Of a DNA stretch of 64,000 nucleotides, positions 42,471-59,045 are shown in pieces. The DNA is from Octopus vulgaris (taxonomy: Eukaryota). A program made the position numbers and the translations under genes. The first letter of the stretch is position 1; each line of letters begins with the position of its first letter. The stretch is from positions 7,626,001 through 7,690,000 of the forward strand of contig OX597833.1 of NCBI GenBank assembly GCA_951406725.2, written 5' to 3'. The notes under the pieces are model-generated. The model worked only from the letters and a program-made list of their open reading frames with translations, did no database searches and was not told the DNA's origin.

Positions 42471-42752
42471 GCCAAACATGATATCTGACAGATACAAAAC
42501 TAGATATATACATGGGTGGCGGATTAACCAGCGTCTAAATCGATAGCTACTTTATAATAGGATAATAACACAGAAGCATTATATACGGGTATATGACTCC
42601 GTTTATGAGTATGCACGTGACTTTTTTCTTTTTTTTTTTTTCATGTGTGTTAATTTAAGTGGAATAATGAGGAATTCGATACAGCTGTAATGTTCCGTTG
42701 GTCAAATGGACACGCCAGAAGTTTGAAACTAAAGTGATTATTATCTTTATAA

Positions 42753-42802
<50 letters not shown>

Positions 42803-43359
42803 GAGTGAGAGAGCAGTTCATGCCATCAAAGTGACACTGGGGTAGAAATATACGAAGCCCAGTATACCCATCATGACTACCCGTCTGATAAGGGTACACC
42901 AGGCACATGCATCACAACGATATGTGCGCGACATGGTGAACTCATATCAAAATATACAGCGCATGACCTTGCAGGTGGGGCCCAGTTAGAAATTTCTTCA
43001 GGTTGAGTAGCCCATCCCGCTCAAAAGGTCCCCGAATAAAGGGTTGTTTAAGGATGTTGCAAGAACCACCCATGTTTCCAGAGGTGAATTATTCAAACCC
43101 CAAAGAATCCCTCTCAACACATGGCTATGATGCTCCCCCACTACTTCTGCTCGTGATCAGAGATGCACATATCGTCAGCCACTAAGGGACATGCTCAACT
43201 GGTTAAGGTCAAACAACTGACAAGCAAATCTGTGGTATTGAGCAGAATATTTGCTGTAGCCCATCTTTTATACCAAGACAAAACAATGTACATGATAACA
43301 CTTCCAATCACTTAAGATCAGAAGCCATGAGAGCCACTACCTGGTACTGCATCAGGGCA
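42803..43359 (-). mobile_element. Non-coding element of about 560 bp inserted within an (ATT)n microsatellite
   Basis: Sharp boundaries, higher GC, (ATT)n on both sides; orientation inferred. Confidence 0.55.
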
Positions 43360-43453
<94 letters not shown>

Positions 43454-43533
43454 GATAGAGGCATCTCGTCCGTCTTTACGTTCTGAGTTCAAATTCCGTC
43501 GAGGTCGACTTTGCCTTTCATCCTTTCCACTTC

Positions 43534-44031
<498 letters not shown>

Positions 44032-44085
44032 TATATATATATATGTATATATATATGTATATATATGTATATATATATATATGTA

Positions 44086-44177
<92 letters not shown>

Positions 44178-44884
44178 CATCTATCTATATATATATATAT
44201 ATACACATAAGTCTATAGGTATATATGTATATATGCGTATGCGTGTGAGTGTGTGTGTGTGTGTTATCTATGTATATATCTACGTGTGTATAGAATGCTT
44301 GTTTTACATACGTTCATATATAGATATATGTCGATATTTACATACACAAATATACATTCTCACTCTCACAGAAACATACAAAGAGAGAGACGAGAGAGAG
44401 AAAGAGAAGTACAGGGAAAGCGAGAGACGGGGAAAGAGGGTGAAAGGCCCTTATGAAGACTAACATTGTATCACTTTTAATAAATAGGAAAATGATATTA
44501 TAATGGCGCGTGTTTATAACAAATGGCGAAAAACAAGCTTCAAAGCAATCAAGTAAACAAACCCAAGAAGATGGAAATACATATATGGCCCCCATCTTGG
44601 ATACTGAAAGAAGCATACGAAAGAACTTTGTGTGGTGGTGGTGGTGGTTGGCTTAGTGGTTAAGAAGTAAGATTGTAGGTTCGATTCCTGAGCCGCGCTA
44701 GGCGTCGGGTCCTTCATGTTCTTTCACGTTCCTCCAGTGCACTCAGAAATGAGGAATTATGGTACGGACATCCAAGGAGGAGTAAGACACGCCATAGAAA
44801 CCGGCTATATGTGTTTATATATCACTCAGGAAGGAGATCCATATTTATAGGCACATTTATGCAAATAATCAGTAGGTATATATA

Positions 44885-44938
<54 letters not shown>

Positions 44939-45187
44939 AGTGTGTGTGTGTGTGTATGCATGTATGTTTGTATATATATATATATATATACATTATATAT
45001 ATATATATATAAATGTATATTATTTATTGATCGAAATGGCAAGACAACAAAAGAATGAAGGAGACCTCGATATTATGTAAATAGAAGAATTTTTTCTGTA
45101 AATATAATAAGTGACAATTATTCGGAGTTTTATCATGGCTACCGAATAATTGTCACATATTATATTTACTAATATATATTATATACA

Positions 45188-45254
<67 letters not shown>

Positions 45255-45878
45255 TGTATATACGTATATGTGTATATATATATGTGTGTGTGTGTGTATG
45301 TATATATATACATAGATAAATATATATATATATATACAATTAAAAAAAGTAAATAAAGTTGTAAAAGGCACAAAAATATATTTTAGGGAATGTTTAATAT
45401 ATTTGTAACAGTGAGAGATTTAAAATACGGTTTTGATGAATCCTTTTATCAAATATTTTTCGGAAAGTCAGAGAGGAAAAACAATTGAGTTTTAACGGTA
45501 CCAACTGTTAAATGCCCCATTTTATTCTTATTGTTTTCTCTCTGATTTCCCCAAATATTCTTCCAATATTTGATAAGATGGATCCATCAAAGCAGGTTAT
45601 ATTTTAAATTACTCACTGTAACAAGGATATTGTTCTCTGAAATATACTTCTGTGACTTTTACAACTTTATTTGCGTTTTTAACCACAGTTCTTTATTTGT
45701 ATGGACTCTTACCGTCTCTTCGACTATGTGTGTGTGTCTTTGTACGGTAAGGTTATCGATTGCAATATTCCTGGATCAATAAATTGCAATTACAACTGAC
45801 TCAGCAAATTTCTTCTACCTAACATGTTTTCGAAAAGAAGTTAAACAAAGCTAATTTATGTATATATATATATGTATA

Positions 45879-45966
<88 letters not shown>

Positions 45967-46136
45967 CATATATGTACATATATATAAATATATATACATA
46001 TATATATACACACACACACACACATATACATAAATATATATATACATATATATAAACATATATATATATTTATATACATATATAAATATATATACATACA
46101 TATATATAAACATATATATAAACATATATATATATT

Positions 46137-46197
<61 letters not shown>

Positions 46198-46316
46198 ACA
46201 ATATGAGGGAATATTTTCTATAATATTTAATCTTTCTATAATATGTAATTTTCTAGAGGGTATAATTTAATTTTTTATTTTTCATTACTCAATTGATAAA
46301 TGGTGGGTTTTTTTTC

Positions 46317-46405
<89 letters not shown>

Positions 46406-47697
46406 GTACATATATTTATATACATATGTAAATGTATATATTTATATACAAATATTTGAATATGAAATACAGGTAAGATAATAGCTACCTACAATTAGTG
46501 CTCGGATTGACTCGCCTTAACCCCATTTTGAACTGCAACCGTATGACTGTTCCGGTAGAATAACAGTCTGTATCACAACCATTATACATATTCTTCGATT
46601 GATCGCTTATTGATCTTTTGTAATCTATAAACCTGTGACTTTCATTTCTACCCGCTTGTTTTGTCTACTTTTATATAGTCGATACTAGCCCCTGCGATCG
46701 CACTGATAGGTACCCATAGTCACCAATATATATATATATATATATTCTAATATTGGATGAAATTTTTTTATAGAAAAAAATTTCATCAAAAAATGTGGCA
46801 TCATATTAAAATACCTTTAAAGGTTAAAATTATAAACAACTTATTAACAAAAGAATATTATTTTCATAGAAAATTATTATAGAAAATTATTGGCATAGAA
46901 ATAATTTTATTTTGCCCTTGGTTATAAGTTGTGTTATATATATATATATATATATAAGCATAACAAATGCGCAACCGGTAAAAAGAACTTTCACCTAATT
47001 AAATTACTTAAATTACTTCAATTATTTGTCAGCATTTTCTTCATTTCCTTTTTTATATATATATATATATTTATACACACACATATATATGCATAATCTG
47101 ACTTGCTTGTCTGTTTATATACATAAACACACACACACACAAACACGCACACACACACACACAAACACGCACACACACACACAAACACGCACACACACAC
47201 ACATATATATAAACATGTATGTATATTTAGATATTTAAATATATGCACATAAACACAAGTATGTATATTCTTAAATATACACACACATCACACATGTACA
47301 TACACACAGACACACACATATATATACATACATATATATACACTTACAAAATTAAATATAAAACCACTTTAATTATTTGATGTATTTATAGATGGTTAGA
47401 TGGATGAATATACGGCAAAGTGAGAAAGAGAGTTGCAAAGAGACATATTCTCTGTATCATATATACATCAATATATATATATATATATACTTAGATATAG
47501 GCACATAAAGCTATATATATATATATATATATACGTATATAATCAAAATAACCAACAAGGATATCCAAAGGTAGTGCTTATTTTGATTATAATCACCCTA
47601 TTTAATTTATATGGATAATACCATACCAGATTCTTGTGCCTTTAACTTAAGTACCATATTCATCTGAATCTAAATTTTTGCTGAACTTATATATACA

Positions 47698-47751
<54 letters not shown>

Positions 47752-47756
47752 CGGGA

Positions 47757-47790
<34 letters not shown>

Positions 47791-47966
47791 ATATATACAT
47801 ACATTACTTAGTATTACTTAAACCTTTCTCGAATGGGGCCTTTACATGCCGAAATCTACTTGGTGAAATTAATGATTATTCCAAATTAATTAATTTCACC
47901 CTATATTATTACTGATATACATACATATATATATATACATATATATATACAATTGCATATATATAC

Positions 47967-49543
<1,577 letters not shown>

Positions 49544-49761
49544 GGAGAACAAGCTGTACGTTACGCCGCAATAATATATGTATAAAAATTATATATAAAA
49601 AATACAAAATGGGACAAGAACGCAAAACACTCAAAGAGACGACAAAAAACACGGACGGGTCATTCGAAGCCTCTAATCTTCAGTCAAGAACAAGATCATC
49701 TTCGCAATGTCGGCTGATTAATCCTGATATATATATATATATATATATATAACTTGTTTCT

Positions 49762-49799
<38 letters not shown>

Positions 49800-50002
49800 T
49801 GTATATATACACACACACACATATATGTATATATATATATATGCGTATATCATTCCATGTATGCAGTAATTTAAGATGTGTGCTGCTAATAGATTCTTGC
49901 TTTAGAGACGACGTGAATAAGCAGAGTTATTCAACGTGCTTTGTGTCGCCAAGCAATACGTGTATTTGTGTGCACGCGTGTATTGTGTGTGTGTGTGCGT
50001 GT

Positions 50003-50047
<45 letters not shown>

Positions 50048-51394
50048 TACGCGCGCGTACGTATATACTCATATATCTATGGCCTTATGTATGTATGTTT
50101 ATAGCTTTATGTATATATGTATATATGTTTGCACGTATATATTTAGTTGCCCAGTTAGTAGTGTAGTTCGGGTGAATAGCTCGCTCTGAGATAACCGTTC
50201 CTCCTCTCTTTGAGTTCAAACTCCACCCAGGTCAATCTTGCCTTTCACACTTTCGGGGTTGACAAATATAACATGCAGGAATCGTTTCCAATATCTTGAG
50301 TTTGTAACAATATTTCAATATTTCGTAGACCTCCATTTAGGAAAGATCATTTTTCCCCGATTAGTCCTGAATTTAAAGAAATACTCCATGATAGACTTAT
50401 CCCTGTTTTCTTTAATTTTTCATTCAGCTCTGAAAGTGATGTTATTTCTGATAATTTTGGTCACTTAGTAATTTAGACACTGGAATAAACGGCCAAGAGA
50501 TCCTTTTTCAATTATTTGACAGTATTTTAGTCCATTTAAATTATTTTTCCCCAGCCAAAATGAGCCCTGGACTTGCCTGTCACACAAACAGCCAATTTTC
50601 TCTATACCATAACACTGACTCATCCACGTTTAACTGTTCTTTGCAAACCATTCCTCTCCTGTGCTTTACTTTTATTGTCCAACAGACATCTATTTAATTC
50701 CACGAGACCATAATGTTGATGACAAAACTTTGTATTTCTTCTGGCAGAACTCTTGAACCTAGTTGAATGCTTTCCAAATCATTGGCTTCTTCCCTGCAAA
50801 TCTTCGTCTATTTCCAAAGACTTTCACTTCTGTTCTTATACAATATAACAATCAATCCATGGAATTTCCTTCCTCTGTAACAACTGCGCATCAATGTTTA
50901 AACCATTTGATACCAGCCACCTGAGACCTTCGCTGCTGCTATGATACTAACTTCCTGTTGCAGAGATCTCAGAGCTTTCAAAGAATTTTCCTGTTAATCT
51001 ATATTTCAAATACTTTTTAATAACGACAAACAGATTTTAATAAATTCTTCATTATTTTAAAAATTATGTGAAACAAAAGCAATCTATTTTAACAAAAATT
51101 AACAAATGAGTTAATAATGACAAAGATATTTTATTTAATTAATCATTAATTTCAAAGATATCAACTGAAATATGGTAAGGAAAGGTTCAATCACTTACAT
51201 CTTGTCTTCTTTGATTTCTGAACCATTTTCTTTGGCCTTCCAAATCCATTCAGAGTTCAATAGCTTTTTTCAATCCACATCTTGATTGCGTTACTTATTG
51301 GTTGATAATTGGTTATAATCAATACCAAAATATCGATCTATTTCTCCATTGAACTTTCGGCAAGAAATCTCTATATATAAAAATAAGTATGCAT

Positions 51395-51504
<110 letters not shown>

Positions 51505-51578
51505 CTTCTACTATAGCTTCAGGCCGACCAAAGCTTTGTCGCTGGATTTGGCACACGGAAATTGAAAGAAGCGCATCG

Positions 51579-51672
<94 letters not shown>

Positions 51673-51704
51673 AATATCTATCTATCTATCTATCTATCTG
51701 TCTG

Positions 51705-51756
<52 letters not shown>

Positions 51757-51758
51757 AA

Positions 51759-51789
<31 letters not shown>

Positions 51790-52200
51790 TTATCTGTGTA
51801 TATATATAATGCAATATATAGCAAATATTTCTAGGGCTGGGCCTCGGCACCCAGCCTCAGATTTGGCTTGAATAAAGAACTGATTGACAAGTCAGTCTCA
51901 GGCCGATGTCTTCTATTCTAAAGACCTCTTTAAAAGCTAAAAATGTTATTTCATGGTGCTATCTTGATGAAATGGTACCGTTATGGTGATCTGGTTCATT
52001 TCTACCGAATTTCTTTGGAAATTGACCCAACATAGATTGAAATATATGTAATATATATTACATATATATTACACAGGGAAAAAATGTGTCAAAGCTATCA
52101 GGAGGCGTTCGATGCTTCCTAGGGCTATACAGCGGTGGTGTACCCCCTACTGTCACGTTCTTGTTAGATTGACAGTATACAACCATTCCATATATATATA

Positions 52201-52552
52201 TATAATATGAATTAGAGATAAAACCAATAATAGGCAACTCAAACAGTGATAGACATAAAGCAATACATAAATAATAAATAATATAAATATAATTAATATT
52301 ATATATAATATATATATATGAAATTTTTCTTCCAAAAAGTATAAAAAGAATGATCAATATAATATAATATGTAATAAGTAATTACTTATATTATATTTAT
52401 CATTCTTTTTATACTTTTTAGAAACATTTTTATATATATATATATTATATATTATATTAATTATATTTATATTATTTGTTATTTCTGTATTGGTTTATGT
52501 CTATTACTGTTTGAGTTGCCTATTATTGGTTTTATCTCTAATTCATATTATA
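52201..52552. repeat. AT-rich palindrome (arms about 175 bp) of a dispersed repeat also present at about 25323-25545
   Basis: GAATTAGAGATAAAACCAATAATAGGCAACTCAAACAG and its reverse complement; centre TAAGTAATTACTTA. Confidence 0.85.
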
Positions 52553-52867
52553 TAATTTATACTGTGAAATTTGATTTAATACTAAATCTAATTTTTCCCT
52601 GTATGTTTGGAGCCATACTCCCTAATATTATATATATATATATATATAATCATTGTATATTTATTGACATGTAAATATTTGCATAATATATATTGTGCAT
52701 ATGTGTCTTCATATAATATAATAAATTATATTCACTATAGCTGTATGTATAAGTGTGAGTGAATGAGTTTGTCTGTGTGAATATACGGATAAATATTTGG
52801 TATAATACATTACAATACACATATATATCGGTACATATGCATATATATATACGTATATGTATATATG

Positions 52868-52911
<44 letters not shown>

Positions 52912-52916
<5 letters not shown>

Positions 52917-53073
52917 ACAGGGCAAGACTGCTAGGTAGTCAGCCGCATGCTAGAAATAGATCATCAACGATCAAACTACAAAGAACGCTCTCTTTGTAGT
53001 TGTTTGTAGTTTGATCGTTGATGATCTATTTCTAGCATGCGGCCGACTACCTAGCAGTCTTGCCCTGCCAATA
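52912..53073. repeat. Palindrome with arms of about 71 bp (2 mismatches)
   Basis: GGGCAAGACTGCTAGGTAGTC...GACTACCTAGCAGTCTTGCCC, in (TA)n context. Confidence 0.9.
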
Positions 53074-53182
53074 TACACATATATTAGAATTTTCTCTGAT
53101 TTTCCAGATTTTTGTATGCTAGACTACTGAGTTTAAGTTAGTATTAATTTATCTCCCTCATTATTTATATATATATATATAT

Positions 53183-53544
53183 ACGCTGCGTGGTGCCAAG
53201 GATTCCAACATCACCATCAAAATACAGGTCCAGATACTGCAACAGCTTGGGTTTCAGAGGACCACAGCTCTTTAACATCTTCCCTAAATGCCTGAGAGAC
53301 TTACATGGTGTGGATGTGGGTTTCTTTAAAACTAAACTGGATCTCTTCTTGTCGGGAGTCCCAGATGAACCTACCTCACGACAGGAGACACGGATGCGGG
53401 CAGCAGCATCGAACTCCCTTGTTGATCAAGTGCCACGTATCAGAGGTGGATTCACAAACTAGTGTAGCTCATTCAGCGGTGGTGCCCCAGCATGGCCGCG
53501 GCCTTCGGGCTAAAACATTTTTAAGGATTTAAGGATTTAAGGAT
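53183..53544 (+). mobile_element. LINE (CR1/L2-group-like) 3' end
   Basis: NSLGFRGPQLFNIFPKCLRDL...FFKTKLDLFLSGVPDEP, a structured 3' end and a (TTTAAGGA)n tail. Confidence 0.85.
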
Positions 53545-53730
53545 ATATATGTATGTATGTATATGTATATATATATGTTTGTATATATGTACATATATAT
53601 ATATATGTGTGTGTATATACGTGTGTATACACGAATCGAAACGTGTATCTATAAATATAGGGAGTGAAAGAGTGTCATAGATAGTTACATACATATACGT
53701 ACTTATATACATATATGTATATGTATATGA

Positions 53731-53774
<44 letters not shown>

Positions 53775-53804
53775 ATATATATATATAAACATATATATAT
53801 ATAT

Positions 53805-53853
<49 letters not shown>

Positions 53854-53990
53854 TTATATATATATATATAAATATATGTATATATATATGCTTATATATA
53901 TGCTTATATACATTGTACTGATATACATACATGTACCTATACATATTGTTTATATATACTGTTTTACCACTACTATCACAACCACCACCA

Positions 53991-54035
<45 letters not shown>

Positions 54036-55206
54036 TGTATGTCGGTCACTACATGGAGAGAACGATGTCTTTGTATTTAATCTGTTTGTTTTATTCACTT
54101 TTCTTGTGTCCTCTCAGATTTCTTTTTCTTCCTCTTCTTTTTCTTCTTTCCTTCCTTCCTCCTCCTCCTCCCCTCTCCTGCTCTTCCCCTTCTGCTTTTA
54201 CTTCTTCCTCTTCTTTTCCCTTTTTTTTCCACTGTATTTCCTTTGAGAAACTACGAAAACAATTCGAAACACAGGAGAATTCTTTGAAGTGATCTCAGAA
54301 TCAGCAAGAATCTGACCAATTCTAGGGCTGGGCCTCGGCACCCTGCCTCAGATTTGGCTTGAATAAAGAACTGATTGACAAGTCAGTCTCAGACCGATGT
54401 TTTCCATTCTGAAGACCTCTTTAAAAACTAAAGAACTTTCAGTGTCGTATTTCATGGTGCTATTTTGATGAAATGGTACCATTATGGTGATCTGGTTCAT
54501 TTCTAACGAATTTCTCTGGAAATTGACCCAACGTAGACTAAAATATTCCCTTTGTAAGCGCTAGAAACTGTCCAATTTCTCAGTTTCTTCTTTAGAGTTC
54601 TGACACTAAACATGAAGGTCTGTAAGACCAGGCTGGGTGCCATTCTATTCTGGGGTTCTATACTGGCTTTTCATCCTTGAACCGTCGTTTAGCGATGGAC
54701 ATTTATTTCCGATCTAACACACATTGGACTTTATAATCCGTTATGTCTTACCTTTTTTCAAGAAACTAAAACATTATTATGGCCTCAGATGTTTCACTGA
54801 CCTTTGTTGGTGTGGTTGTATTTTAACCCCAGGTCAGCTCTGATCGAGCTCCAGATCCACTATAATCAAGGTGGTTGTAATCATGACCATCGCCTCATTT
54901 TCTTGCGATGCCTCTCTAGAAATATATTTTTTTCTGTATAAATCTGCTATTTCAAAACGATAGAATGTAATTTGAGAAGCATTTGTGTGCTATTTCTAGC
55001 ATGAACGATCGACGGAAGAAAAGCACTCAACAAATATATTGGGAGTTACACGGGTTAATCAAAACAGTTTGATTCATCGCGAGTTACAAGAGAACCAATG
55101 AATTTGAATTAAACTTTTGATTCATATGTATATATATATGGCGGTGCCCTAGCATGGCCACAGCTCGTAAGCTGAAACTAGATAAAATAAAAATATATAT
55201 ATATAT

Positions 55207-55460
55207 AAACATTGTCTCAAAACGGATCAAAGAGGAAAAGGATCCCATTACCTTTAAACGGAATCCGGACAACCTTCTTCAAGTAATACCAGATAAGCCG
55301 CCTATAACTGGATACAACTCACTCAATGAGAACTCCCTACGCGAATGAACCATGATATCACAAAACTTGACTTTAAAAGGATTTAGATAATCCTATCAGG
55401 TGGTGCTATTAAGTTAGAAATGGCCTGGACCAATCTTTGGTCGAAACATATCTAAGTTTT
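55207..55460 (+). mobile_element. LINE 3' end (second family); isolated terminus also at 8494-8570 (-)
   Basis: ITFKRNPDNLLQVIPDKPP...NSL, then GGTGGTGCTATTAAGTTAGAAATGGCCTGGACCAATCTTTGGTCGAAAC and an ATCTAAGTTT tail. Confidence 0.7.
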
Positions 55461-55503
55461 ATATATATGTACATACAAACACACGCACACACACACACAC
55501 ACG

Positions 55504-55534
<31 letters not shown>

Positions 55535-55754
55535 GTATGCATTATGTATGTATACATATATACGTACATACATGTGCATATGTATATAAAAAGGATGAGC
55601 TATAATACTATTGCACATATACAAAAACACCCCTATACCAACGGTCCATCATTAGCTGCCCTACGGATATCATTATTGTTTCGACACCTGGGCAATACCA
55701 TTCAATCCGGTGGTGTCAACAGCACTAAAATATGTGTGTATACTTATATTTTTT

Positions 55755-55790
<36 letters not shown>

Positions 55791-56136
55791 TGTGTGTGTG
55801 TGTGTGTACGCTTGTATACAAGGGAGCAGGCCAAATGTTGGTGCTTCCGTCTTTGTCTTTATTTCATTGTTAATTAATTCACTTAATGTGGCGTGGGGCG
55901 AGATGAACCGGATAAAACTGTCTTCTGAATACTAAGTGGAATGCATCATCATCATCATCATCATCATCATCAACAACAACAACAACAACAACAACAGGAA
56001 CAACAGGAACAATTGTTATTATTGCTGTTACACAAACAAACACTACATAACAGAATCCACAATAGCAGAAAGAACAACAACAACAGCAACAGAAACATCA
56101 CAACAAAAACTACAACAAAACAGCTACAAGAATTAT

Positions 56137-56168
<32 letters not shown>

Positions 56169-56239
56169 CGATAAGCAAACAAATTCTTTAAGCACGAATT
56201 AATAAGATAAGAATTCTTGTGATTCTTATTTAAGTGTTG

Positions 56240-56398
56240 GCCCACCACCACCACCACCACCACCACCACCACCACCATCTCCACCTTCGCCACTACCACC
56301 CCCACCTTCGCCACTGGCGCTACCACAACCTCCGTCACTAATACCATCGTGTCATCACCACAACCATCGCCACCACTACAACTACTACTACTACCACA

Positions 56399-56451
<53 letters not shown>

Positions 56452-57010
56452 GCATTGTGTCATCACGGCCACCATCGCTACCGCTACCATCGTGTCATCA
56501 CTTTACAAACATATCTGCCAACACCACCACCACAACGACCACAACAACAACCACAACCATCACACCAATCACTACCACTACAGCTAGTACCACCACCACC
56601 ACCACCACCACCACCATTACCACCACAACCATCGACCACATCACCACCCGCACAACCACCCCACAACAATAACCACCACCACGATAACCACTACTCACTT
56701 CCCCACCCCCGCAACCATCAACTGTATCCGCACCACCACCGCCTCCAACGCAACTGCAACTATAGGCACCACCACCACCACCACCACCACCACCATCCAC
56801 CACCAACACTACCACCACCACCACCACCACCGCCATATCCACCACCAACACTACCACCACCACCACCACCAACACCACCACCGCCATATCCACCACCAAC
56901 ACTACCACCACCACCGCCACCACCACCACCAACAACACTACCACTACATCAAATACAACAACCAGCACCGCCGCCGCCCCGCTCCCCACCGCCACCGCCA
57001 CCGTCACCCC
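56240..57010. repeat. (CCA/CTA)-rich low-complexity tract with an embedded minisatellite
   Basis: CCGCCATATCCACCACCAACACTACCA repeated within (CCA)n. Confidence 0.9.
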
Positions 57011-57289
57011 ACCCTGGGCCACCTTGTCACATTCCAGTTAGTTTAAGATTTCGAGATTGTCGTCTGTAGATTAAAAGTGACATGTTAAGTAAGACTGAAG
57101 AAACATCCTACTTTATACATACATTCTTCACTGTATGTATATATACACACGTGTATGTGTGTGTGTGTGTGCGTGTGTGTATGTGTGTGTGTACATATAC
57201 ATGCAAACACATACACGTATAGACACATGCGCACACCCAACAAGGGGTATTGGCCGTGAATGTAGCGTAGGGTAGGGCAGTTAGCCATA

Positions 57290-57372
<83 letters not shown>

Positions 57373-57416
57373 TATATATATATATATATATGTATATATT
57401 TATGTATGTATGTATT

Positions 57417-57460
<44 letters not shown>

Positions 57461-57665
57461 ATAAACATACATGCACTGTATATGTGTATACTTATATATA
57501 AATACATATGTACGTGTATATATGTTTGTGTGTGTTTATTTGTGTGTGTCTCTGTGTGTGTGTGTGTGTGTGTGTCAATGTCGTCTCACTGTAGAGCTGA
57601 TAACGAGTAAGTAAGGGGAATCGAACGATGTGTGTTGAGTGTGGGTGTCAGCATCCAGTTGTTTG

Positions 57666-57847
<182 letters not shown>

Positions 57848-57887
57848 GTATATATACATACATACATACATATATATGTATATGTAT

Positions 57888-57919
<32 letters not shown>

Positions 57920-58777
57920 CACACACATACATACAAACATACATATATACATACATACATACATACATACATACATACACACACATATGTATATATACAC
58001 ACACATACATGTGTGTAGTTATTTGTTTAATACTATGATGAGCCAGTTTTCTTTTACTTTACATCCACACACATCCACAAACACACACACACACACACAC
58101 ATGCATACATAGATGTATATATTTTTTTTTACTTATCTCAATTATTGAACTGCGACCATACTGGAGCACCGACCTGAAGGGTTCAGTCGATCAAATCGAT
58201 CCTATTCGTCTTATTTCAAGCAATTGTCTGTTTATATTGGTGACTTGTTAGCGAACCGCTGAGTTATGGAAACGTAACCAAACGCACACCGGTTGACAAG
58301 CAGAGAATGCTATAAACAAAATATGTATACGCAAGCACACATGTGTACGCATGTATATAGACGTGCTTGTATGCATGTGTGTATGTATATGCATGAATAT
58401 GTGTATGTCCATGCTTATATATGAATGTATGTACGTGTGTAAGTAAATATGTACACACGCACACACACACTCATATAAATATTTCTACACACAGATGCAT
58501 ACATATACACATACATACATAACTATTATTTGCACAGACATAGATATGCACATACATACAAACACATACATTCAGGCATAGATACACGCGTACGCACATT
58601 CATAACACACCCAGACACACGCGCGCCTTCTATCTGGACCCGTCTGTCAGTCCGTCTGATACCGACCAATCTTTTATGAAAACCAACGAAAGACAACCAT
58701 TTTTGCTGCTCTGTGAAAGTTCTTCATACTCACACGCGAATATCTGTGTCCGTCTGTCTTTGAATGTGTGCACGTTC

Positions 58778-58856
<79 letters not shown>

Positions 58857-58922
58857 TATTTATATCTGTGTATATATATATGTTAGTTAGTTAGTTAGTT
58901 AATTATATATATATATATATAT

Positions 58923-59045
<123 letters not shown>

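Larger units (their letters stand above)
51829..54546 (+). repeat. Direct duplication of about 220 bp (51829-52045 and 54320-54546)
   Basis: TTCTAGGGCTGGGCCTCGGCACCC...GGAAATTGACCCAAC occurs twice with scattered substitutions and one indel. Confidence 0.9.

Noticed and set aside
56455-57069. Extensin-like proline-rich ORF (PPPYPPPTLPPP)
   Set aside because: Translation of a (CCA)n-based minisatellite; open in several frames on both strands.
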